Part shown: one piece after another, positions 52,820 through 64,000 of the stretch
Layout: the number at the start of each line of letters is the position of its first letter
Numbering within the stretch: the first letter of the stretch is position 1
Assembly: GCA_030141605.1 (NCBI GenBank)
Contig: JAQGDQ010001010.1
Location: 1 to 64,000 of the forward strand
Direction of reading: 5' to 3'
DNA length: 64,000 nucleotides
Source: Tubiluchus corallicola
Lineage: Eukaryota; Animalia; Priapulida
The notes under the pieces: model-generated
Databases searched by the model: none
Seen by the model: the letters and a program-made list of their open reading frames with translations, nothing else
What the model was told of the DNA's origin: nothing
Position numbers and translations under genes: made by a program

Positions 52820-55029
52820 AATATATCCACGGGTTTCATCCGCTAATTATAAAAAACATGGGATTTTGGGCTAAAGCCATCTTTCTCAATATAGTCAACA
52901 TTTGCTTAGGCAGCAATACTTGGCCATGGAATGACTCAAAGGTTACATTTATTAAAAAGAATGGCAAGTCCGATTACAGTGACCCTAATAATTATAGACC
53001 TATCAGCATTACCTCCTACTATGGAAAACTAGCAGAAAAGCTTCTTGAAAATCGTGTAAGACAATTTTGCAATGCATATGACATTATTGATGATGAGCAA
53101 GAAGGCTTCAGGCCCAGACACAGTACAGTACGCTACTTGGTCAGGCTTATTTCTAACCTGACTAGAACAAATTTACTAAAAACAAGCTGCATTGCAATTC
53201 TTTGCGACTTTTAAAAAGCTTTCGATAGTGTTTGGATAAATGGGCTATTGTACAAATGGTATTAAAGGAAACATGTTGTGTTTTATTAGTACATTTTTAA
53301 AAAATAGGAATATTGTTTTACGTATTAATGGTCACACATCTCCAAAGTACAATTGTCAGTTGGGTCTCCCACAAGGTTCCGTTTTGTCACCATTACTGTT
53401 TTTGTTGTATGTTATTGACATGTTTGAATCAATAGACGATGAAGTAAGCTGTGAAAAATTTAAATATGCAGATGATGGTTCTTTGCTAATCACAGCTGAC
53501 ACAAACTATGAATGTTATTTAAAAGCACAAAAATGTTGTGATAAACTGTACACTTGGTGTAAGAAGTGGCGGATGAACATAAACTGTGCCAAAAACAAAA
53601 CTGAAGCCATTTTGTACAAGAACTCAAAAACTTTGAATTGGGAACCAGACCCACCAAACCTCAAATTTGGAAATAATCCTATTGATTTTGTAAGAAAAAG
53701 CAAAGTGCTGGGGCTCACAGTGGACAATCAATTAAATTTTAACGCTCATGTGCTAGATACCAGGAAAAAGGCGTGGAAAACATGGCACCAGATAAAGCAG
53801 TTTTGTTTCCGGCACAAAGGTTTGCATATGAAGACAATTTTGAGACTTTTTAATATCATGGTACTTCCAACGATTTTGTACGCCTCGTTAGCATGGTTAG
53901 CAAAGAACATCACGGCTTTTGATGATATACTATATGATGTGTTAAAAACGGCAACAGGAGTAGGTTTTAATCCTCCAAAAATTGAAACTGAATTAATTAC
54001 AGGACTACCATCAATGGATGTTATTTATTCTGTTTTATCTGTTAAGTCAGTTTTGAAATTACTTACTTTACCTGCAGATGACTTAGTCAGAAAAGAACTA
54101 ATTAAGGCGGATGTGAATTACATCAGTGCTGAATATTGGAACCATTTCCTGGCAGAACACCTAAATAAGACTAGATTATTTTTAAAAACCATTAAAGGTC
54201 TAAACGCAAATCGAAATGAAATGTTACAGTCAATTCCACAAGACAATTTAAAATACACAAAGAAAGAATGTCAAAAATTCCTAGAGTTTCAATGGAAAAG
54301 AAAACTGTTGCATTGCAACCAGTTAGCTGGAAACCCTTTTGAAGAAGTTTGTGGAAAACCTTTAGATCTGCAAATAACGAGAAATGAACGTGTTATTGAA
54401 ACCATTGCTTTCAACTTATTATTAGGGAGAGGTTGTAATGAATTTAGCAATAAAACCGGTCTGAAAGAAACTGATATGTGTAAATGCAATGCAAACAGCC
54501 AAACGCCAGAACATACAATTTTTAACTGCCCTCTAATAAAAAACGAACTCAGAAGGAAACTTGAAACTGCACTCCCATCTAGGCAACTTAAGGATATATA
54601 CAGAATAAGAAGTAGAAATGCTATTAATGCGTTTGTAGAAATTGTTAAAAATGCTAAACAGGAAAATATAGCGGAAAAAACGTGGAGTTTATTTTAAAAA
54701 TGTGAAGTCCAGTTACTGTCATTTTATTTAATTAGATTGCTACCCGTCAATGAAAATATAAAAGTAAGAGTTATTTATAAAATTAGGTAAATATAAATTT
54801 AAATGTAAATCTAGCTATGTTGCTTCTAGTTGTTGATATGTTTTTGTATGTAAGCGTTTTCCTGTTATTATAGTCACAAATGATATTAAAAGGGATAATT
54901 GTAATTATTTTCCAACTTATTATAATCATGTTCATACTGGTCCCTGCAAATAGACGGAATTTATGTATATTACGTATGTATTTATGTTAATATATATAAT
55001 AAAATAGAGTTATAATAATAATAATAATC
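52820..55029 (+). mobile_element. 5'-truncated, inactivated non-LTR retrotransposon (RT plus C-terminal zinc knuckle, no RNase H seen)
   Basis: NYRPISITS, EQEGFR, CDF*KAFDSVW (stop at 53212 plus nearby frameshift), GLPQGSVLSPLLF, YADD, CKC....TPEHTIFNCP; 3' UTR with (AAT)n tail. Confidence 0.93.
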
Positions 55030-55076
55030 TCTTTCTCTCTCTCTCTCCTCTTTATCTCTATCTCTCTCTCTCTCTC

Positions 55077-55154
<78 letters not shown>

Positions 55155-55161
55155 TCTCCCT

Positions 55162-55203
<42 letters not shown>

Positions 55204-56127
55204 TATGAAGAAGTTCTGAAGGTAATTGCTAAAACACTAGAATACAGGTAGAATTCAAGTAAATTACAGGTGAGCTTTATTTATATAAATCATTAATAAC
55301 ACTATACATTGCTCTCTCAGTTTAAGTCACATGCTTACTCAAAGATCTCTGAAAGCCAACTGACCAGGTAAGTTTTTTCCATGAAGCAAGGAAGCCAGCA
55401 ATTCAATGAAGGTAAATGTTATGCATACTAGTTCAAGGATGAAAGTTTAGACTGTATATAAAGAAATAGACTTGTTTTATAGCTGAAATTTCTTGTGTGG
55501 GATTTTTAATGTTTTAACAAGAGAATGTAATAATATAACTAATGATCATAATTAAGAACTAATAAAAAATAAGATAAAGAAATCATGAGCTTCACGACAT
55601 ATCATGCCATGTCATTTTTATTATGAAATTAATGTAACTATGTACTACATATGTTGTATTGTCGTTTGGTGTTTTTGTAATGACATATGAGGCCTGAAGG
55701 GAAAATGGGAAGTGGGAAAAGCCCAGGGAGAAGAGATAAAGAATGGGTTTACTGAGACCGAGGTCGTTATGACCTCCGAATCTTGATCCCGAACTTTCTT
55801 GAAATTCCAAAACAGAACGCCGAGCGCTCATTCTTGTCCTTAACACCGTTCCCGAACTTCCCGACACTGATCCCGACCCCGAACTTGAATTGTTTGTAAG
55901 ATTTGATAAACGACATTTACTCTAGGTTTTTGAGGCATATTAAGAAAAACGAGTCATATTATTCTTCGCTTAAATTTTTGATATTTCATATTTTCCCGAA
56001 TCTCTGTCACGACAACTTAATCCTGAACACCAAAGAATTCAGACCTTGAACTCAGTTAGTGTCCTGAACTGTGATCCCGAGTCACTTACCGGGAACCAAA
56101 CCTCGATTCCGTTCCAAACCCCTAGAA

Positions 56128-56614
56128 CAGGGGTGTGCAAATTGCAACCCGCCGAGAGAATTTGTGCGGCCCGCGAAGAGATTTTTCAACCTAATGAAAG
56201 TGCGGCCCGGGCGATTAATTGAGTGTATCCAGCTGAAGTCCATACCACGATCCCAAAGATAGTGCGGGTAGTTTTTTCTACTAGATCGGATGCCATTAAC
56301 CCTTACAAGACGGTTGTAGCTTAATGTCAATGTACTACACAGACTGTGTGATACACCTTACTAATATGCATTGTAATGAAATTACCACTATCTGTCCTGA
56401 AAGTAGAAATATATGGTTTGTAATATAAATTTTAAAATTTAAACTTCTAAAATAGTTTCTTGAGTGTAGTAGTAATGATTTACGCAGGTCGGATGCAAAA
56501 AAATGGTTATTAGGTCTGTTTGTACTTGGCTCCTTGATCAAACTGCCTGTGGCCTGCAGGAATTGCTGGAAAGTTTAATGTGGCCCGGCTAGTCAGAGAA
56601 TTTGCACCCCCCTG
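56128..56614. mobile_element. hAT/Charlie-like MITE with perfect 8-bp TSD
   Basis: TIR caggggtgtgcaaatt / aatttgcacccccctg; TSD ccctagaa. Confidence 0.9.
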
Positions 56615-56819
56615 CCCTAGAACATTCCTAATAAAGAATTCTCGTATCACGCGGTGCTGCTTTTGAAAGCACGTTTTAGTAATTGTTAAAACAGAATCAC
56701 TATTTAAAATTTGGTTTTCGACGTCCAACATTCTTGATTGATGAAAGATTGATTGATTGCTTGATTGATTGATTGATTGACGAAAGAAGTGAATAAAAGT
56801 TCAATTGTTTTCATTACAG

Positions 56820-56933
56820 CGATCCAATCTTGTTTTCCAAATCCGTGTGAAAACGGCGGCTCGTGTACGTTGATTCCCGACGGCTTCTCTTGCGCCTGTA
56901 CAACCGACTACCTGGGACCAACGTGTAATATAG
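56820..56933 (+). CDS. EGF-like domain exon (IQSCFPNPCENGGSCTLIPDGFSCACTTDYLGPTCNI)
   Basis: cattacag / gtaagc, 114 nt, phase 1-1, six Cys. Confidence 0.93.
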
Positions 56934-57244
56934 GTAAGCAGGTAACAGTCTGGTAAGGGCATTACAGCGTTATTTCCGTTTTCGGCTGCAAAAGCATAAA
57001 TCTCGACATTTAATAATTTCTTTTCTCCACAGATGTCAGCACAGTGGTAGATAGAAATATAAAAAATGTGTATGAAAGTGTAGATGATTGACATTTCTTG
57101 ATTTACAAGTATGTTTAATAAAGTGGAATAGCTTCACGATAATTGTTATATTTTCCTAATTAGTTTTGCCGTCTTGCTCTAGCTGTAAACTTACAAAAAG
57201 CTCAGTTATTCCAGAAGTTGGTAAAGAAAACATTTCTATATATA

Positions 57245-57690
57245 ATAATCTTTATTTGCCGTTAAAAAATTGATATTCATAACTATAAAAGCGTAAAAGA
57301 ACATCGCAGCATAAGAATAAAATTCACACAACTGTTAAAGGCAAATGCGTCCAGTGCAAACTAAAAACTACAGTGCCAAAAATTTAAAACAAAAGATACA
57401 TTATAATATTATACGGAAATTATAATAGACTATATACAATATATACATATAATTTAAAGTGGACGTGGGTAAATAAAATTTTCGGATGAATATATATTAT
57501 CGTTTACGTATGTTAGGTTTTCAAAACGATTTAATGTATGTATTTTTAATTTTGATTTGAATTCTTCGAAAGACTTGATTTGTTTTAAATTTGATGGCAG
57601 GGTATTCCAGAGTTGAACTCCTTGTTTAGTGATAGAATTGTTGCCGTATTTGTTATTTGTGCCTGTTTGTTTAATTTTGTGTTCCTGGAT
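57245..57690 (-). mobile_element. CR1/L2-group LINE 3' fragment
   Basis: Minus strand NKYGNNSITKQGVQLWNTLPSNLKQIKSFEEFKSKLK. Confidence 0.65.
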
Positions 57691-60390
57691 TTAATGTTGG
57701 CTACAATTGGCTTCTAGAAAGTAATTAAGAACGAGTCAGCGAGAGCACCATGCAGGGGGTGGCACACGAGGTGTGACGAATTTATATCATTTTTTTTTAA
57801 CATGAAGGTCGACCCCCCAAAACCATGTAACCAAGATATCAAATCGATCGAGCTACTATTAGCAGAGAAATGACCACATCAAGAAATTGACCTCAAAAGA
57901 GGCAAAAAATCGCTATTTTGGGGGTTATTTTAACTTTTTCTCCTGTATAAACTATTATAGATGGGTCGATGTAAGTTGGCTGGTACATAGACCCAGACAT
58001 TGTCTTCTGATATCCTAACTTTTTCTGACATACTATTAATAGTATCAGAGAACGGGATTTTTCAAATTCGGCTCTTTGTAAAGAGTCCAGGGAGAGGTTA
58101 AGTTGTAAGGCTCATAACTCGCCCACTGCGGGGCTACAGAACTTCTGGTTTTCATGTATGTGTTAACCATCATCCTCACTAATAATATAAAAAAGAAAAT
58201 TCGCTGGAGCCTGTTTCAGTATTTAGTACTGGCACTTTAAAATTTCACAAAAATCAGCAAAATTCGCCTTTTTTGTAGTTTTTCAAAATTTTTTCTATCT
58301 ATATGCTGGATTATAAGTGACAAATCTGTATTCTAAATTTCATGAAAACGCACGAGCTGAGATAATATCATGAATGACATTATATAGAGGGGGCACTGTT
58401 AGAAAAAATTGCCATATCAACACACTTTTTTACTTTCCATAGTTATTCCGTCCTTGTGTAAAAAGTAGACATACTTGGCTCAGGTCCTTATATGACAGTA
58501 GACATTTAGCCACGTTTAACCTGCATTTTCTGTGACTAGTGCTCTAATTACCTAGTAGCAATAGATTCCTTTGCCATGGAAATTGCTAGAAATTTGGGAA
58601 TTTCATCTTAAATTGGTTTAGTTATGTCGGAATGTCCATATGACTACAAATATGAATAATTGCCTCTTCTGATGGATTTCTGGACAGGACATCATGCATG
58701 CCCCTAGTACCGAGTCCGACCCTGATTCAGGGCATTCTCTACACACTGAATCGCTAGTGGATACCAGGAAAGACTAAACAATAAGCCCTCTAATAGCAAA
58801 GAAGTACCGATTGTTAAGATTGAGAGTCATTGCTAGCGAAAGAATCTGACAACACTTGGTATATACATATGAAATAGAAATCCGTTCATTTTTATACATC
58901 TCTTCATTTTTTATACTTTTTATATGAATAAGCTTCATGGCTATACATAGAAGATTATGAATATCAGTACAAAAATGAAAAAAACTACAAAACTCAATCA
59001 GAATTAATTTCTCTAAGTCCTAAATACTGTTCTTATTGTAGCAGCATAATCCTATCACTGAAGGGTAGTACAAGTAATCAAAACCATAATATCTAAATAA
59101 TAGAGAAAGAATTATCGATGCAGGTAGATTATCACTAGAAGATAGATACAGAAATATAGACAAATATATCATGGGGAAAGTGATAAAGTGAAAATTTTAC
59201 AGTCTAAACCTGAGACAATATAGGGGTATGGGCCGCTTCTAGGGGGATGGCGGTGATATTTAGCTCAGAAAATTTTTCTTCGCCCATAATTTATTTGTGG
59301 CACAAAATCGATACTTCTGAGAAAAAATATTAATAGTGTGATTGAATGATTGAGCCAATGGCACAAAAATTTTCGATGTTTTACAGTCTAAAAATCAACG
59401 GACAAATGATATCAAGTCTGTCCCATATTTTTCGGGCATTTGCTCAGATTTAGGGCAATTTTCTTTGTGTCCTGGCTTGTACGCCTATGTAAGACAATGA
59501 GTAATAACTAGGTAATAACCTGTACATAACATTTACAAAGCATAGAAAATAAACAGTACATAATACAGAAAAATAAAACATTTTCCAGTCCTTGCAAGAA
59601 GCAATTTCCATTCCGTAGACATTTCATTTTTTTTTCAAGATTGGAAGCGCTCTAAATGCGGTCCAGTGTCTTTAGTACAGGCTAATAGATTCACAATATT
59701 CGTTATGTTACCAAAGATGAATATTTATGATGTTTTGAAGTATTTTGACAAGATTTAACAACTCATGTTTATCCACACGAAGCTTTTTGATGAACGTTGT
59801 TAGCTATATTTTCACCCTGATATATGCCTCTTTCAGGGGTCTTTTACAATACGGTGAAAATTCGCTCCATCAAAATTGTCACTACAGCATAGTGGGATGG
59901 GATGCTCTATTCACATACATATCGATATTTTGTCCCCGCCCCCGCAGTGGGTGAGATATAAGACTTTGAAATGACTAAGTATTTGCATCTTATACGTAAT
60001 GCGAGCTTAAAGACCCCCAGTAGAGCCGAAAGAGGGGGGTTTGGGACAAACGTCGAAAAGTCATTTTGGAGAAGATAACAAGACCCAATACTGTGCAGAG
60101 TCAGATCTATTCAAACTCAGTGGTTGCTGCATGGCTAATCCTTCAAATATGAGTAAAAAATAGAGAAAAATAGGTATTTTTTCATGAAAATCGGCCTATG
60201 CCGTACCTCTGTTACTATGAGGAGTTGGACCATGCGGATTCACATAGTGAATACTAGTGACTAGTGGATCTCATACCCGAACTTTGGCTTGAATCGGTTT
60301 ACCTAACCTTGTGCCGGAATTTTTCGATTTTGCATGGTCGTCTCACGGACTCGTTCGTAACATTATGGAAAACATTTGCACAATGATCAC

Positions 60391-60832
60391 CGGGGCGGAA
60401 CTAGGGGGATCGAGGGGGGCACGCCCCCCTCCCCCCTGTCAAAATTTGCGCCCCCTGCAAAATCGGACAAATAATTTTTTTTGCAGTGAAAATTGCAGTT
60501 CGCATGTAATCATTTTCAATATGAATTAGAATTAGGTAAAAAAATGTTTGGTAGCTTCAGTGTATTATTTTCTTAAAACTTGTGTGTGATAAATTACTGT
60601 AAATATCAATTTAGTTAGAGGCACACTAATAACGTTAGGTTAACTGAGAGTTAATTTTCTCATTATTGCTCTGTCTGCTACGCCGTCCTACACACACGCT
60701 AATTATAGGCCTGCATGCAATATAAAAGGGGTTAAAAATTGGCTTAACCATTATTTAACCACTTCGGATACCTCGCTCCCCCCAGAAAATTTTTGCGCCC
60801 CCCCCTGCTTGCCACATCTAGTTCCGGCCCTG
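60391..60832. mobile_element. hAT-like MITE with perfect 8-bp TSD
   Basis: TIR cggggcggaactag / ctagttccggccctg; TSD atgatcac. Confidence 0.88.
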
Positions 60833-61698
60833 ATGATCACAAAGTGTAGGGTGCTTAAGAACTTTCTCACTGACTTTGACCCAAAAATATTTCTCCGGTT
60901 AATCTGTTTGGGTTTTATGGTGACAAACAAACAAACAAAGTCATTGTTCGTGCACCGTCCTCACAGCACATGCCCCTTCGTCATTTTACTTCATATTTGA
61001 CACGCATCGAGACGCCATTTCCCAAAATTAGGCATTTTATCTGGAATGAAATGCAAATTCTTTTAATAAACTAGTTGATTTCTTATCAAAATAATGTCAA
61101 TTACCATTAAGTGAAATTAGTCCGAGACTTTCAGTTTATATAACTAAATAAAATTAAACGAAATATACATATATATTTGGCATCAAATCGTGAGTTACAC
61201 AGAAAATTTGTCAACACATCGTCACAGCTTTGAACACGTTGAAACTTGAATGACAGGGATTTAAAACTAGGTGGCTAATATTGAAGCCAGATGTCACCAC
61301 CTGACAAGTAAAAACAGGTAAGTAACTTAATCTAATTAAAACGTACATTTAACTACTATTAGTTACATTATAAGAACAAACTGCTTTGGTCATTTAACAA
61401 ACGAAAATCTTTAACATAATCCTATAGCAACAATAATTTTTAAGAATTTTTTTCTTTGCTTGAACTTTTGTGCCATTTTTTTCTACTGCCCTGCTGACCT
61501 CAAGCAGAGATGTTGCTGCGTGGATAGAGAGAGAAATGCCGTATATGGCATATAGGTCATCGCAGCAGACTGTGAAACCCGATGCCACTACTACAGTAGT
61601 TGCTATTTATTTTTAATATTTTTTAAAAAACCAGCGAGGGACTTTTGAAGCACCCTGTCTAACTGGCGAAAATCACTTAGATATTTGTTACCTTTTAG

Positions 61699-61809
61699 AG
61701 TACGATGATTGCGTGAATCACACTTGCCAGTACGGACAATGTAAGGACCGGTTCCGAGACTACGAGTGCGTGTGTGACCCTGGGTACAAGGATGCTAACT
61801 GCAGCACTG
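61699..61809 (+). CDS. Calcium-binding-type EGF exon (EYDDCVNHTCQYGQCKDRFRDYECVCDPGYKDANCST); gene probably continues beyond the window
   Basis: ccttttag / gtatgt, 111 nt, phase 1-1; E.DDC and C.D....Y.C consensus. Confidence 0.93.
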
Positions 61810-62479
61810 GTATGTAGCTGACTGTGTAGCATAAGATGCAGCCTGTTGTACTCCCGTTTGCCGGACCACGCTTTTACGGATATCGGACAAAATTTGGACT
61901 GTTAAATGTCCCGCATACCATGGACGTGCTCTGTTATCTCGCGAGCTGACCGCTAGTTGGCGGGTCATCACTTTTTGTTTACATCGCGTACATCAGTGCA
62001 ACCACGTGTATATCTCTATGTATGAAAATATAGAATCAATTATGCAGAGTTATTTGAGTCAACTGCCCACAGTTTTTGTATACTTTTACATAGGAGCCGT
62101 CCGTATTGGACGTTTTTGAAACAGTTAAGCGATTGATTCTGCATTACCATGAGTCTAATACATGGTGCCTACTGTATTAATTTAGTATCAGTAAATACGG
62201 ACAATCGGCATTTTCGGACCGTCGTCTTCCCGCTTTTGTCCGACAAATCCAGATGTGAGTATATTGATTTACATGACAATGAAAAAAGAATCGACTTGCA
62301 TTTTACAAGGATCGCAGTGGCACAAAGCCTCAGTTTGGCCCAAAATTGGAGATACCAGGTTTCTCCTTTAAATGGGAGTGCTGTGTTGGAATGCAGCAAA
62401 CTGTATTATCAGTAAGATGCTAAATGTAGTATCGATATTTTGTAAATTGTGACATCGCTATGCAGCAAACTGCGGCATC

Positions 62480-63893
62480 GGTAGGTAGCTAGCCGGGGCA
62501 TTATAGCACTGATATTTACTACATAACTGAGTATAGCATCATTATGTGGCATATGTAGTACAGGCGGGTAGCTAGCTGGCGCATTATAGCACTGGTATTT
62601 ACTACTTAACTGAGTATAGCATCATTGTGTGGCTTATGTAGTACAGACAGGTAGCTAGCTAGAGCATTATAGCACTGATATTTACTACTTAACTGACTAT
62701 AGCATCATTATGTGGCATATGTAGTACAGGCAGGTAGCTAGCTGGAGCATTATAGCACTGGTATTTACTACTTAACTGACTATAGCGTTATTATGTGGCT
62801 TATGTAGTACAGGCAGGTAGCTAGTTGGTGCATTATAGCACTGATATTTACTACTTAACTGACTATAGCGTTATTATATGGCTTGTAGTGGGGGTGTGGG
62901 GTGGGTTTTTTTGTTGTTTGTGGGTTTTGTGTGTGTTTGTGTTTTGGTTTTGGGGGGGGTGTTTTGTTTACTACTTAACTGACTATAGGTTATTATGTGG
63001 CTTATGTAGTACAGGCAGGTAGCTAGTTGGTGCATTATAGCACTGATATTTACTACTTAACTGACTATAGCATCATTATGGGGCATATGTAGTACAGGCA
63101 GGTAGCTAGCTGGAGCATTATAGAAGTGGTATTTACTACTTAACTGACTGTAGCATCATTATGTGGCATATGTAGTACAGGCAGGTAGCTAGCTGGGGTA
63201 TTATAGCACTAGTATTTACTACTTTACTGACTATTGCATCATTATGTGGCTTATGTAGTACAGGCAGGTAGCTAGCTGGGGTATTATGGCATTGGTATTT
63301 ACTACTTAACTGACTATAGCATCATTATGTGGCTTATGTAGTACAGGCAGGTAGCTAGCTGGGGCATCATAGCACTAGTATTTACTACTTAACTGACTAT
63401 AGCATCATTATGTGGCTTATGTAGTACGAGCAGGTAGCTAGCTGGAGCATTATAGCACTAGTATTTACTACTTAACTGACTGTAGCATCATTGTGTGGCT
63501 TATGTAGTACAGGCAGGTAGCTAGCTGGAGCATTATAGCACTAGTATTTACTACTTAACTGACAATAGCGTCATTATGTGGCTTATGTAGTACGAGCAGG
63601 TCGCTAGCTGGAGCATTATAGCACTGGTATTTACTACTTAACTGACTGTAGAATCATTATGTGACTTATGTAGTACAGGCAGGTAGCTAGCTATGGCATT
63701 ATAGCACTGGTATTTACTACTTAAATGACTGTAGCATCATTATGTGGCATATGTAGTACAGGCAGGTAGCTAGCTGGTTCATTATAGCACTAGTATTTAC
63801 TACTTAAATGATTATAGCATCATTATGTGGCTTACGTAGTACAGGTAGGTAGCTAGCTGGAGCATTATAGCACTGGTATTTACTACTTTACTG
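62480..63893. repeat. 83-bp minisatellite, about 16 copies
   Basis: Unit ggcaggtagctagctggagcattatagcactggtatttactacttaactgactatagcatcattatgtggc(a/t)tatgtagtaca. Confidence 0.95.
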
Positions 63894-64000
63894 AGCTAAT
63901 ACAGTAGGTGCCATCAAACTCATGGTACTGTAGAACTAATAGCCTAATTGCCTCAAAAACGCCTAAGTACTGGCCGCTCTTATTCAAAAGTATATAAAAA

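Noticed and set aside
53240-54697. 485-aa ORF as an active or domesticated RT gene
   Set aside because: Upstream RT motifs are broken by a stop and a frameshift, and the endonuclease and 5' end are missing

Overview
AT-rich, repeat-dense animal (invertebrate-type) genomic DNA with GT-AG spliced genes; nothing prokaryotic. Three protein-coding genes were reconstructed by hand, with exon phases consistent at every junction. (1) Minus strand: 14 coding exons (33863 down to 1139, about 485 codons, continuing off the left edge) encoding a type II membrane POMGnT1-like protein with TWO tandem FAM3/ILEI domains before the start of the GT13-like region. (2) Plus strand, nested in its 11.4-kb intron: a complete 3-exon MPST/rhodanese-family sulfurtransferase (13662-18751) with an atypical CGQGMT active-site loop. 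(3) Plus strand, head-to-head with gene 1: a probably secreted protein with 2 SUEL/rhamnose-binding-type lectin exons and at least 2 EGF exons (about 47184 to beyond 61809). Introns hold many MITEs (Tc1/pogo-type with TA duplications, hAT-type with 8-bp duplications), RTE/CR1-type LINE ends, a 2.2-kb LINE inside a (CT)n tract, tRNA- and 5S-derived retroposons, and long mini- and microsatellites. Most striking observation: a 33-bp minisatellite of about 61 copies is an amplification of an exon end plus its splice donor. It creates a ladder of in-frame GTAAGT donors, about 35 of them before the first stop. A second, more decayed minisatellite also appears to start at an exon/donor junction. Most long ORFs in the supplied track are artefacts of repeats.
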